NCBI RefSeq assembly: GCF_004010195.1
Contig: NC_057716.1
Location: 10,846,064-10,910,063, forward strand
DNA: 64,000 nt
Source of the DNA: Chiloscyllium plagiosum
Taxonomy: Eukaryota
Reading direction: 5' to 3'
The notes under the pieces are model-generated. The model made no database searches. It worked only from the letters and a program-made list of their open reading frames with translations, and was not told the DNA's origin. Positions 36,335 to 49,410 of this stretch are shown one piece after another (within the stretch, counting starts at the first letter, position 1; every line of letters begins with the position of its first letter). The position numbers and the translations under genes are program-made.

Positions 36335-36825
36335 CATGTTTTGGCTGGTGACATTGCCAGTGGAATGGAGAGCTGGGATCCAACTAGGAAAACTAAGCTG
36401 TAAAATGAATGTACCGAGCGTGGCGAACGATTTCACACCTCGGAGATTTATGCTCTGCCGCCTGAGGTAGCTGGCGCTGACTCGCCATCACTTCAAATAA
36501 CAGCAAAGAAATGGACAAATAGTGCAAAGGTTCTGGATGCTACCGACATTCTGGCAATAATACTCACGACGTGTGCTCTGGAACTTGACACCTGCCAAGC
36601 CAAGCTGTTTCAGTACCAGTACGACACTGGCATCTACCGACAGTGTGGAACATCACCGACGTATATTCAGCACAAAAACACAGGACAAATACAAACACAT
36701 CGACCTGGACCCAATATACCAACCATTACAGCGGACAGCTGAAACTGACAACCCGAAGCGGCAGGGACAGACCACTATAAACACCGGAGGAAACATCAAA
36801 GAAGCGCTTCGCAGGAGGCTCCCAA

Positions 36826-36865
36826 GCACTGATGATGTCGCCTAGCCAGGGGATGAAACGTTTGC
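36826..36865 (+). ncRNA. minimal hammerhead ribozyme, third Penelope family
   Basis: GCA-CTGATGA-T-GTCGCCT(agcc)AGGGGAT-GAAAC-GTT-TGC: stem I GCA/TGC, GUU triplet. Confidence 0.65.
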
Positions 36866-37060
36866 AACAAAAACTTCCAGCTCGGCGAACAGGTTCTTAC
36901 AAATACATTAAGGACCAAAGGGTAACTAGGGAGAGAGGAGGGCCTCTCAAAGATCAGGAAACGTTTGCAACAAAAACTTCCAGCTCGGCGAACAGGTTCT
37001 TACAAATACATTAAGGACCAAAGGGTAACTAGGGAGAGAGGAGGGCCTCTCAAAGATCAG
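36855..37060 (+). repeat. perfect 103-bp tandem duplication
   Basis: 36855-36957 equals 36958-37060. Confidence 0.95.
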
Positions 37061-39524
37061 CAAGGCGGCCTTTGTGTTGAACTGCAGGAGATGGGGGTGA
37101 TACTAAAAGAGTATTTTGCATCCATGTTTACTGTGGAAAAGGACATATAAGATATAGAATGTAGGCATATAGATGGTGACATCTTGAAAAATGCCCATAT
37201 TACAGAGGAGGAAGTGCTGGATTTCTTGAAACAAACAAAAGTGGATAAATCCCCAGGACCTGATCAGGTGTACACTAGGACTCTGTGGGAACTTAGGGAA
37301 GTGATTGCTGGACCTCTTGCTGAGATATTTGTATCATCAATAGTCACAAGTGAGGTGCCAGAAAACTGGAGGTTGTCTAACGTGGTGCGACTGTTTAAGA
37401 AAGGTGGTAAGGACAAGCCAGGGAATTATAGATCAGTGAGCCTGATGTCGGTGGTGGGCAAGTTGTTTGAGGGAATCCTGAGGGACAGGATTTACATGTA
37501 TTTGGAAAGGCACGGACTGATTAGAGATCATCAATAACTTGATTGAGTTTTGTGAAGAAGTAACAAAGAGGATTGATGAGGGCAGAGTGGTGGACATGAT
37601 GTATATCAGTAAAGCATTCGACAAAGTTCCCCATTTCATGCTGTGAGCAAGGTTAGATCTCATGGAATACAGGGATAACTAGCCATTGGATACAGAACTG
37701 GCTCAAAGGTAGAAGACAGAGGGTGATGGTGGAGGGTTGTTTTTCAAACTGGAGGCCTGTGACCAGTGGAGTGCCACAAGGATCGGTGCTAGGTCCCCTA
37801 CTTTTCTTCATTTATATAAATGATTTGGATGTGAGCATAGGAGGAATAGTTAGTAAGTTTGCAAATGACACCAAAATTGGAGATGTAATGCACAGAGAGG
37901 AAGATTACCTCAGATTACAACGGGATCTTGATCAGATGGGCCACTGGGCTGAGGAGACGCAGATGGAGTTTAATTCAGATAAATGCAAGGTGATGCACTT
38001 TAGGAAAGCAAAGGTATACACTTAATGGTAAGGTCCTAGGGAGTGTTGCTGAACAAAGAGATCTTAGAGTGCAGGTTTATGGCTCCTTGAAAGTGGAGTC
38101 ACAGGTAGATAGGATAGTGAAGAAGGTGTTTGATATGCTTTCCTTTATTAGTCTGAATATTGAGTGCAGGAGTTTGGAGGTCATGTTGAGGCTGTACAGG
38201 ACATCATTTCGGCCACTATTGGAATATTGCGTGCAATTCTGGTCTCCTTCCTATCGGAAGGATGTTGTGAAACTTGAAAGGGTTCAGAAAAGATTTACCA
38301 AGGTTGTTGCCAGGGTTGGTGGATTTGATCTATGGGGAGAGGTTGAATAGGCTGGGCTGATTTTCCTGGAGCATCGGAGGCTGAAGGGTGACCTTATAGA
38401 GGTTTACAAAATCATGAGGGGTATGGATAGGATAAATAGACAAAATCTCTTCCCTGGGATGAGGGAGTCCAGAACTAAAGGGCACAATTTTAGGGTGAGA
38501 GGGAAAAGATATAAAAGAGATATAAAGGGCAATGTCTTCATGCAGAGGATGGTACATGTATGGAATGAGCTGCCAGAGGAACTGTTGGAGGCTAGTACAA
38601 TTGCAACATTTAAGAGGCCTTTGGATGGGTATATGAATAGAAAGGGTTTGGAGGGATATGGGCCGGGTGCTGGCAGGTGGGCCTAGATTGGGTTGGGATA
38701 TCTGGATGAGTTGGACCAAAGAGTCTGTTTCCATTCTATACATCTCTGTGACTTTATGGCTCTCCAACCACATGGAATCAATGTTGATTTCAACAATTTC
38801 CTCATTTCCCCTCCCCCCACCTTATTCCAGATCAAACCCTCCAACTTAGCATTGTGCTCTTACACTGACCTATCTGTCCATCTTCTTTCCCATCTTATCT
38901 GCTGCACCCACCCCACCGACCAATCACAATTAGCCCCCACCTGCATCCACCTATCGCCTTCCCATCTACCTTCCCCTAGCACCACCCCACCCTCCTATTT
39001 ATCTCTCATCCCCCTTCCTCCTTCATATTTCTGAAGAATTGTTTATGCCCAAAACATCGACTCTCTTGCTTCTTGGATATGCCTGACTTGTTACCTGCTT
39101 TTCCACCACCACACTTTTCAACTGGAGCTATTTTCATGGGAGCATCAGAGGATGAGTGGTAACCTTATGGAGGTTTATAAAATCATGAGGGTGAATAGTC
39201 AAGGTCTTTTTGCCAGGATAAGAAAATCTAAAACTAGAGGGCGTGGGTTTAAAGTGAGAGGGGAATGATTTAAAAGAGGTCTAAGGGGCAGCATTTTCAT
39301 GCAGAGGATGGTGTGTGCATGGAATGAGCTGCCAGATGAGGTGATGGTGGCCGGTACAATAACAACGTTTAAAAGACGTGTGGTTAAGTGGAAAAGGTTT
39401 AGCAGGATATTGGCCAATCGCTGGCAAATTGGACTAACTGAATGTAGAATATTTGGTCGGCATAGACGAGTTGGATCATCGGCTCTGTTTCCATGGTGTA
39501 CATCCCTATGACTTTATGACTGTG

Positions 39525-41535
39525 ACAGCCTTCAGGGACATGAAAAAACACCAATGATCCAAGTGTTGGTACACTATGATCACAAGTGAGATCTGGGATT
39601 GACATGCGATGTTTCCCCATACAGCACCAGGATAGCATTACCAGGCAACATATGTGGTCCAATAGGGAAGAACACCCAATAAGGTATGATCCAGGAATTC
39701 AATTAATGCAAAGCATAAATACGCTCAGTTAGAGAAGGAAGGTTTGGCAGACATTTTTGGACCTGGCCAAATTCCACCAATACCTTTATGATGAGCTTGC
39801 AACAATAAGGGACAACAAAACCCAGCAGGCTATATGAAGAGGACGAGACAGTGTCACTCAAACCTTCAGGCCAATTTCAGCAATGGATTCTAATACTAAG
39901 TGCTTATAATTACAATGTGAAACACAATCCAAGAGGCCACTTAGCAAATTTGGATGCATTGAGCTGGCAAATACAAAACAAATGGTAGTGCCACTGGAAA
40001 AGTGTGTAACGGTTTTACATTTTCTGGACCCACTTACAGTCACAGCTGAACAATGTCAGACTTTGGACACAAAAAAATCCGTGCTTGACAAAATTGAAAC
40101 AGCTGATGGTTACCAAAGGGCCGTTACAATCAGAAGTGATACCTTTTTGGACACTGAGAGACCAGATCGCTGTGGAGAGCAAGAGTGATTGTTCTAAACA
40201 TAGGACACCATGAGATACTGACTGAATATCACCCTGGTCATCCAGGGGTTTCCAAAATGAAAATATTGGTGAGAAGTTATAGCTCAAATCCTCCAACCCT
40301 GGCAGCTCCCCCATATTAATGAGAATGGCTAGGTAAATCCTGGACTCAGTTAAACATTGACTATGAAGCCCCTATCATGGACTCAATGTTCTTAGTCATT
40401 GTGGAGAGCCACTCAAAATAGTTGGGCATGCATAAAGTTCACATATAAAACATGGTGACAACAATACAAATATTGCACACATCTTTTTCAATGCATGGAC
40501 TCCTGGAAGTGATGTCACAGATAATGGGGCATTGTTTTCCTGCAGGGAATTTGAGTTTTCCTGAAGTTGAATGGGATTTGTCACATAAGGATAGCTCCAT
40601 ATCATCCGTCATCCAATGGCCTGGAACAATAAGCAGTCTAAAATTTGAAGTTGGGCTTAACGAAATAGCCAACTGCTTCACTAGATATAAAACTGTTCTG
40701 GTTCCTATTTGATAATAGGACCACTCCTCAAACAAATATAGACTTCTTCATGCAGGTTAAATCGTATCTTCATGGACCTTGGGGAGGGAGGGTGAAATAG
40801 CAGCAGGAATGCCAATGATGGGCACAAGTTTCCACAAAGTGAGAGCGACAGATTACTTCAGGGATGAAGTTTGGTGTAGGAGCCGTGGGAACAGCCCTGC
40901 ATGGGTAAGAGCATGGTGAACGTGAGATCAGGAACAGTGATGTATAAAGTTCAGGTCAGTGCGATGGTCTTGAACAAACATCTGAACCAATATGAAAGCT
41001 GCAAACTCGGGAAAAGTGTGGGAGCAAAACATGTCCACTCCTCAACAGCCTTTCCACCTGTTCTGAAACCCATGGGTTTTTCCTCTCCATCAGGTGTTGC
41101 CACCTCAGCACCTTTGCTGCCTGACAAGGAGAATGAATTTCTTCTGAGATGCTTCAGGTGCAAAGGGCGAGCTACAGTGCATTACACAGTGTATGTATCA
41201 GAGGCAGGGTTGGAGGAAGCTGACCCACTGGTAAAACACCTCAGGAGAAACTATGAAATAAAGAACTAGCCGATATCCTCAGACTCAGAGGGGGAGGGAT
41301 GGAGTAATTGTAACGAAGTCAGCCAGGTGGCCGTCATTGAATGTGAGTTCCCTGATTGGGGCTGTTAACCTGGTCTAATCAGGGAGCCCTGGCTGACAGA
41401 TATAAACAGGAGAGTTAGAAGTTCAGTTCACTCTGAGAGCTGGCTCTGTGGGAGTTCGATCAGTGTCAATGACTCTCCATGTGTAAACAAAGGGCGATTT
41501 GGTGATTGGACACCAGCCTTTGTGATGTTATTACA
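39525..41535 (+). mobile_element. Gypsy fossil copy E with 3' LTR (41300-41535)
   Basis: Collinear with copies A, B/C and D; PPT agagggggaggga; LTR ending ATTACA. Confidence 0.9.
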
Positions 41536-41957
41536 TTTAGAGCAGATACATTGGAGCTTTAGATCCCATAAGCTGCAAATGCCTCAAGCCTCAAGAAAGT
41601 TGGAAATAATCATTATTGAGGCAGGTCCAGCCTGGGTCTTGAACTGTTTCTGTCTTGTTGACTGTAGAAACTCCAAAGAACATCCGCAGCTGATGGTACT
41701 AGTGAGCCTTTGACAATGCTTCCTACTTGACCTTGGAATTTTCTTCTTTTCAAATTATTGACTTGAATGATGATGATGTCACCAAGATCACTGTGATCAA
41801 GTATTCTCCATGAAACCATCATTTACCAGCACGATTTTGAACTATTTTAACGAGGACCCAATAATAAGTGAATTAGACAAGAGTGCAGTGTCATAAAGTT
41901 ATTTTACTATTTTGACAAATAATTCAACAAAATAAATTCATGCGTTAAAGTTGCAGA

Positions 41958-43249
41958 CTAAAAGTCCCTCATGCGCCTGAAAGATCCGACAGTTGAGCTG
42001 TAGCCTCCCCAGTCACTGTATCTCCTGTATTCACCGGGTCTCATGAAGTACTGTCGCCCTCTGTAGTTGGGGTGTTCATAGAAGGTCCAGTAACCGTCCA
42101 TCACATGGCAGGAGTGGATGTCACGGTAACGGAAACGATCATAGACAGATGGACAGTCATCCATGAATTCCATCATCTGTCCTCCAAAGTCAGACCTCTC
42201 ATAAATCCTCATTCTGTAGGTGCCTCCTCGGTACTGAAATAGAGCGAAATGAAAGATTTGTGATGCAGCTACAAATATATCGACAAACGACACGTGCAAC
42301 TGGTGATATTTCGCATATACAGACAGAAGTATATTGATCTCGGTAAAAATCTTAATGTATGTCTGGTTGTGAGGAGACAAGTGGTGCCAGTATTCCCTTT
42401 ACTGTGATCATTTCAATATTTACTGTAAGATGAATGGGATGAATATAAACATGTCCAATAACAGGTTTTACTGAGTCATATTTTAGTCAATTTGACACTG
42501 TTACTTTCTGCAATGTTAATATGGTGATTTGACTTTCAATTCTGAATATCTAACTTGTTACAAGCAAATGTTTCAATTATATCCTAGATGATCATCAGCT
42601 TTGCAACAAGTCATCAGTATATGAGGCATAACTAACTTGCCAGTTTGCTCAACTATTGGCTGATGAATACCCATACAACAAGTACAGTTACAAAGTGACA
42701 GGGGCAGTTACTAACTTTTGTCAGCGACAGAAATCAAATTGGGTTTGTGACAATCTTTTACCTGTTACCATCACTGGGGAAAGTTAAAAACAAACCCTGT
42801 AAAAATAAAGATGAAGTTTGGAGCTAATTCAGACAAACCCAAATCATTATCTCAGTGTCAGTTTGATCAGAAAATACAAACCACCAGAAATAACTTACGT
42901 ATGGGTAAGTGCGACATGACCAAATGTTGTCATTGAATCCCATCCAGCGCTGGTAGTCAGGATACTCTCCCCTGGTCAGAACATACTGGTATCCCATGTA
43001 ATTGGGTTTCTCATACAGCACCCACCAGTCACTGTCAACACGGATGGAGTTACAGCGGCTGAAGTAAGGGGACAGGTCGGCACAGTCACTGCTGCACTCA
43101 TAGTGCCGCCCCTGGAAGTTCCTGTCCTCATAAAAGATGATCTGTGGGAAAGAAACAGGTTTGTAAATTGATAGTTTCTACACTCGGCCATACCTAATGG
43201 AAACTTTAAATATTATATATGAACTCGGAATAATCCTTGCCTTTCCCAT
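41958..43249 (-). CDS. gamma-crystallin gene 5, complete 3-exon gene, 175 aa
   Basis: Exon 1 43249-43241 (MGK, GC donor), exon 2 43141-42899, exon 3 42233-41958; introns 99 and 665 nt. TATATATA 43312-43305; poly(A) signal is the variant AGTAAA (41908-41903). Confidence 0.93.
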
Positions 43250-43304
43250 TTCCAGTTCAGATTTGGTTTAGTAACTGAATATGTTAATACTTCACAGGGC
43301 TTAG

Positions 43305-43350
43305 TATATATATGCAAGTCAGAAGTGCCTCACTGAGCTTTTTTTTTGTT
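43305..43350 (-). promoter_or_regulatory. proximal promoter of gene 5
   Basis: AACAAAA, AGCTCAGTGAGGCA and TATATATA in the same order and spacing as gene 4. Confidence 0.5.
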
Positions 43351-45619
43351 ATTCAAATAATTGCAATAATTTGAAACCACCACAAAGACTGCACCACACA
43401 TGACGTATACAGTAAATGCAAAGAAAACATTTGAAAAGCACTTTAGTATTGTTGATAGTGTTTTGCTTCCACATCATTTTAATTGTGGGGTGAAAGAATG
43501 CAACAATACATTGGAGCCTATTGTGTTCCCTAAACTATGCTTCCACTGCAACCTTCAGTGTTATTACACGTTCAAAAGGACATGTTTCCAAAAGTTCAAT
43601 ATTATTACATAAGTCCATTCCCCTACTGTTTAACATATGGACATGCCCATCTGGAAGAGATTGCTTCAATTATTACTCTAGGTTGGTTTGAAATGATGTA
43701 TAACTGTTAATGAGCTTTAATTCTAAGTTATTCATCCAAGACCAGAAGACGTTTAAACTCGCCACATCCATTTGAGAACAATACTATTTATAACTATGTG
43801 ATGATGTGTTGTTTTCATACTCAAATGTATATCCTTTTGTTACCTACCTTTTTCTACTTTGTTCTGAATTACACAATAGAAAGGCAGTGCTAGTTTGATG
43901 AAAGCTCAATTCAGAATGTGGGGACAGCAGCTTGGATTCTTTACTAGGAAACCAGTGAAGGAAAAGCTGTGGGATATCCTAAATCAAGATCAACTATATT
44001 TGATGTATTTTATACCATGATCACAAATTTGGTTACCAGAACTGACATCTTTCAACTGAAAGGAAAAGGTAAACATGGAATCAATAAACCTGACTGCAAA
44101 GAATGTGGCCATTCATCCCATTATAACTGTGCTACTCTTTTAAAGAGAACCTCAAGTCATTGCACACCTCTGCTCTTTTCACATAGCCCTGTGATTTTCT
44201 GACCTTTTCCTGTTGTGTGTCCAATCCCCATTTGAAATTTGCAACTGAATCACGTTTTCCACCTCTTCAGCTATTACATTCCGGAGTAAAACAATGTCTC
44301 AGATCGAGTGTATTGCTGAATCCAGACAATGGAGCAGACAATCCATGAAAACTGGGAAGGATTATTAATTCAGCTTCTTCAATAGTTCAGTGACAACCAT
44401 TTTCCCCAGAGTTAGCCAGCATCAGGACATTATCCATTATATCTCGGACTGGAATTCCATGGAATTTGGTGATGTGCATCTGTGAGAATTTTCCCAAATC
44501 CTTCACTGTCTTTCTTTCACAATTGGAAGATATTTTCTCATCAATCAATTCAGTAGTTGTATTATACATCTCTGGAGCATGGGACTTAAACATGGGCCCC
44601 CTGGTGCAGAGGTAGGAATACTTTATCACAAGGACCCTTCATACATCATGGAACTATTTATGGGCTAATTTGTTCGAGATATAGGTAGTAATGACAGATT
44701 GCTTCGAAGCAGACTCCAATGGCATAGTGGTAGTGTCGCTGAAAACAGGAGGCCTGTTCTCAAGCCTCAGCGGTGTGTCTGAACATGTTGTTTAAAGGCT
44801 CCTTCGGTAACACCTTCTAAACTCACGATCATGACATTTAGAAGTCAAGGGCAGTAGAATCACGAGAGCACTACCATTTGCTGGTTTCCCTCCTAGCCAC
44901 TTATCATCCCATCTTAGAAATGTATTACCATTTCTTCATTGTTGCTGGATCAAAATCCTGAAACTCCATCCCAAACAGAATTGTAGATTTATCTTCAACA
45001 CAGAAACTCCAGCAGTTCACCAAGGTAGCTCGATGCCATCTTCTCAAGGACAACCAGGGATGGGCAATAAATGCTGGCCAAACCAGTGAATCCCACTCAC
45101 GGAAATGAAAAAAAAAGAACATTTCTCAAGTTGAACAATGGAGCATTGATCAGGCAGTGGTTATTTCACAGGGAATATAAACATTTTTTTCATGTAACTC
45201 TCTTTTGCATATCTTGGAAAAATGGTAGAAACAGCTTGTGTGAGGTTTGGGAATAATATTAGAGGCAATTCCAAGAAGATTTCAAGATGAGTTTGAGAAA
45301 TGTTGAATCAATGATGTCTGCATACTTGAGCAGTCAGGCATTAGCTTGGGGGGAAATAGGAGAGGGTATCCAGAGAGCCAGGCATTCAGCTACAGCCAAG
45401 AGGAGCTCACTTAACACAATTCCACTTGCACAAATTTCCCTCTTTCTCACTCACTAGTCTTTCTCTTCATGTGGACCTTGACTATCAACTTCAATAACTC
45501 CCCGCCAAGAACAAGGTCAGAAAGACATGGCCCTAATCTTCAGAGATTTTAATTTTACATATTGAGTGATGAAATCAGTGGGCAAAGGTAGCCCAGATAA
45601 GGCCTGCATTGAATGTTTT

Positions 45620-48140
45620 CAAGATGATTCCTCTCTGCTGCAGGAAGGGGTGCCAGCAAGCTGGAGGACAGCTAATGTAATATCATCATTCAAAAAGGTA
45701 GTACTAAACTAGGAAGCTACAGACCAGTGAGTCTAACATTAATTAGAAAGAAATTCTGAACCACAGAATTAATCTCCATTTGGAGAAATAAAGGTTAATC
45801 AGGGATAGTCAGCATGGCTTTGTCAGGGAGACACCATGCCTAACAGAGTAGATAGAATATTTTCGAGGGACTGAATAGGTGTATAGATGAGGATAGTTTG
45901 GTTGATATAGTTTACATGTACATCAGTAAGGTCTCAGATGGAAGACTGGTTAAGAAGCTTAGAGCTCATGGGATCCAGGACAACTTGGAAAATTAAATCC
46001 AAATTGGCTGAGTGCCAGGAAGCAGAGAATGATGGTCGAAGGGAGTTTGTGACTGTATCCAGTGGTGTACCACAGGCTTTGATGCTGGGTCCCTAAATGT
46101 GTGTAGTTTGTATTAATGATATTGAAGTAAATGTAGAAGAATCATCAATAAGTTCGCAGGTGACAAAAAAAATTGGGGATGTGGTAAATAATGATTAGAT
46201 TACTTACAGTGTGGAAACAGGCCCTTCAGCCCAACAAGTCCACACCGACCCTCCAAAGTGCAACCCTAATTTACCCCTTCACCTAACACTATGGGCAATT
46301 TAGCATGGCCAATTCACCTAACCTGCACATCTTTGGACTGTGGGAGGAAACCGGAGCAAGCCAACGCAGACATGGGGAGAATGTACAAACTCCACACAGA
46401 CAGTTGCCTGAGGCAGGAATTGAACCCAGGTCCCTGGCGCTGTGAAGTAGCAGTGCTAACCATTGTGCCATCGTGCCGCCCTATCTACTCTGCTCAGCAT
46501 GGTGTCTCCCTGACAAAGCCATGCTGACTATCCTTGATTAACCCTTATTTCTCCAAATGGAGATTACTTCTGTGGTTCAGAATTTCTTTCTAATGATCAG
46601 GAAAGTTTTGACCTACAAGCCACAGCAAGTGGACTGGGCAGATGAGCTCAGCAGTGTCAAATGGAATTTATTCATGCAAAGTGTGATGTACTTTTGGTGG
46701 ACTAACAAAGCAAATGTGTACAATCCTAAGTGCAGAGATCAGAAGGAAGTTGATATGCATCATTGAAAACAGCAGGATAGGTGGTCAAGATAGCAAATGG
46801 GCTACCTACCTTTTTTAGTTAAGGCATTGAATACAAGAGCAGGGAGATTATGATGGAACTGTATATGATGTTAGTTAGTCTACAGTTAGGGTACAGTGTG
46901 CAGTTCTGGTTGCCACCCTGTGGAGTGTACTTGCAGAAAAGATTCACCAGGATGTTGACTGAGCTGGAGTGATTCAACTATGAAGGGAGGCGAGATTGGC
47001 TGGGATTGTTTTCCTTACAGCAGATAGATGGTGAAAGGATGTGATTGAAGTGTGCAAAGTTCTGAGGAACATAGACAGATAGACAGAAACTTTTCACCCT
47101 AGTCAATAACTAGCAGACACATTTTTTGGGTAAAAAGCTGAAGGTTTCACAAGATTTGAGGAAAAATGTATTTTCCTCACTGAGAGAGTTGTGAGTATTT
47201 GGAACTAACTGCTTAAAAGATGCTGACTCTCCAACATCTGCAGTCCTCACTTTCTCCTAGTTGCCTACAAGAGTTGTAGAGGCATGAAACCTCAAGACAT
47301 TTAAGAAGCATTTAGATGAGTACTTGTAATACCAAGATACATAAAGCAGCAGGCCAAGTGCTTAGCATAGATGGAGGTTTGATGGCCAGCACAGACATAA
47401 TGGGCTGAAGGCCTTCTTCCATGCTGTAAAAACACTGTGACTTTATACCTATATGGCATGTTTTGAAGCTAACCAGAGAGGAGGTTATATTAGACATGCA
47501 ATTGTGTGATGAGATAGTTTTAGTTAATGATTTAATAGTAAAAGCACCCATAGGTAGCAACAAATAAAATACATAGAGCAAAGCTGGCTAAAGTGTGATG
47601 ACAAATTAAGCTAAAGGACTGGTCATTAAAGATGCAATGGGAGACATTTAAGGGGACATTTCAGAATACATGATAGATACATTCCAACAAGTAAGAAAAA
47701 TTCCAACAGACAGACTCAACATCGGAAATTAACTAGAAATGTTGAAAATAATATCAAACTAAAAGAAAATGCATATCATTGTGCAAATTTGCAGTATGTC
47801 AGGAGATTAGATGAATACGAGAAAAGCAAAAAATGACCAAAAAGATTTATAGGTGGGGAAAATAACAGACTATGAGAGAAAGCTAGCCAGAAATATAAAA
47901 ACAGATGGTAAGCATTTCTGTTACTATTAAAGCAGTAAGAGTGAATAAGGTGAGCATTGATTCTCTGGAAAGTGAGAATGAAGAATTAATAGTGTAAAGT
48001 AAGGAAGTGGAATATGAATTGGACAAATATTCTGTGTGAGGCTTCATTACAGGATAGAAATAACATTCCTGTAGCAGTAATAAATCAGGAAATAGAAGGG
48101 AGGGAGGAACTCAGGAAAATCCAATTCACCAAAGAAGTAG
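45620..48140 (+). mobile_element. old CR1 fragments
   Basis: Degenerate RT-region nucleotide motifs (ctggaggacagctaatg, ctacagaccagtgagtct, cagcatggctttg) and 3' tail at ~47440. Confidence 0.7.
46195..46480 (-). mobile_element. HE1-type SINE
   Basis: Same family as 18127-18452. Confidence 0.9.
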
Positions 48141-48643
48141 AAGTGGGCTGGATGTTATACTTTTTGGATGCGTGTGAATTGTGTTAAGACTTTTAGGGAG
48201 ATTCTCTCCCTGAGGCCTAAGTAAGATTTCTTGTCTTATCTTACTAAATTCATTTCACTAATTGAAAACAAAAATTGCTGGAAATTACAACAGGTCAGGC
48301 AGAAACCTTGGTGAGAGAGCAAGCTAATATTTTGAGTCTAGGCAACTCTTCATCAAAGCTGACATGACCCTGGGTTGCCTGACTTGACTGAGGCCAGCTG
48401 TCAACTATGATGAGCTTTCTAACTTTATGTTTGGCAAAGCACGACAGAAGCAATATGAACCTGGTATCTATCTCTGAATGGGTAAAGTGCAAAAAGACAA
48501 AGCATGGCAATGATGAATTGGGATACTGTGAGCATCCAGGTTGGCTCTGACAGCAACCAGAGAGCTTGGAGGTACAGCTGGGTGCATTATGCGAGCTGGG
48601 ATGCATGCTCCTGAGTGCACAGTGTCCTTGCTCTGCATTACAA

Positions 48644-48725
48644 TGATAGTTGCTAGTACAGCCCAAGTGTTGCCTTAATTCGCCAGGTTTCATGAAGTAC
48701 TGCTGGCCTCTCAGCTTTGCATGTT
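48644..48725 (-). pseudogene. decayed gamma-crystallin exon-3 relic
   Basis: Translates HAKLRGQQYFMKPGELR versus [20 protein letters not shown] aattcgccaggtttcatgaagtactgctggcctct aligns with tattcaccgggtctcatgaagtactgtcgccctct of the intact copies. Confidence 0.65.
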
Positions 48726-49102
48726 GTTGCCCTGACAGGTTTGCATCTCTACCATTACCATCATTGTAGGGGCTAACTTCTGTCAGTGAAGAGAGTACGA
48801 GAGCATGCTGGGAGCAGCACCAGCATTCAACAGAGAAACAGAGAGAGAGAGATAGAGTGTTTTGATGAAAAGCCATCGACCTGAAACATTAAATCTGTTT
48901 TTGCTACGGATGCTGCCTGGCCTGCTGAGTTTTTCAGCATTTTGTTTTGTTCTTAAGTCATAAGGACCATTTTGCACTATCCCACAAGGTCAAAATTCAC
49001 GTCTCACTGTTTTGTTTTCAAATGTTCTTGTGATTTCAGGTGCCCCATCAATCTATGGGTTGATGATCATAAGGTCAGCTGCAAGTTCTTCAACCACTGC
49101 AT

Positions 49103-49410
49103 GGTGGCTCAGTGATTAGCACTGTTGCCTCACAGCGCCAAGGACTCAGGTTCAATTTCCCAGGAAATTGTGTGGAGTTTGCACATTCTCCTCATGTCTG
49201 CATGGGTTTCCTCCGGGTGTTCAAGTTTCCTCCCACAGTTCAAAGATGTGCCGGTTAGGTGAATTGACCATGGTAAATTAACCATAGTATTCAGGCATAT
49301 ATAGGTTAGGTGCATTAGGGTAAATGTAAAGGAATGGGTCTGAGTGGGTCACTCTTCGGAGGGGTGGTGTGGACTTGTTGGGCCGAAGGGCCTGTTACCA
49401 CACTGCAGGG
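49103..49410 (+). mobile_element. HE1-type SINE
   Basis: tggtggctcagtgattagcac...ggttcaatt; ends gggcctgttaccacactg. Confidence 0.85.

Larger units (their letters stand above)
35830..36892. mobile_element. Penelope-derived pieces nested in CR1
   Basis: pLTR with hammerhead-like core on minus (35945-35971) and 3' end with hammerhead on plus (36826-36865). Confidence 0.6.
35086..38758 (+). mobile_element. CR1 LINE, long copy (APE part 35086-35755; RT part 36893-38758)
   Basis: VIGGDFNFPNIDW, PTRE..DLLL, SDH (endonuclease); GVPQGSVLGPLLF (RT); 3' tail. An antisense CR1 tail lies at 35348-35520. Confidence 0.9.
34268..39122 (+). mobile_element. Penelope-like element (34268-35085 plus ~38760-39122) split by CR1
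   Basis: RT C-terminal/linker remnants (KSVFRRDHSL...PGTFP...RCKTC), pyrimidine-rich 3' region, decayed hammerhead ~39031-39061. Confidence 0.8.
33698..39520 (+). mobile_element. outer CR1 (33698-34263 plus 39125-39520) hosting nested elements
   Basis: KFADDTEIG and LVRPLLEYC motifs; breaks at ctggggctgttttca and resumes at ctggagctattttca. Confidence 0.8.

Noticed and set aside
48295-48876. 193-aa ORF as a novel crystallin-related gene
   Set aside because: Only ~17 codons resemble crystallin and both ends lie in decayed Penelope termini.
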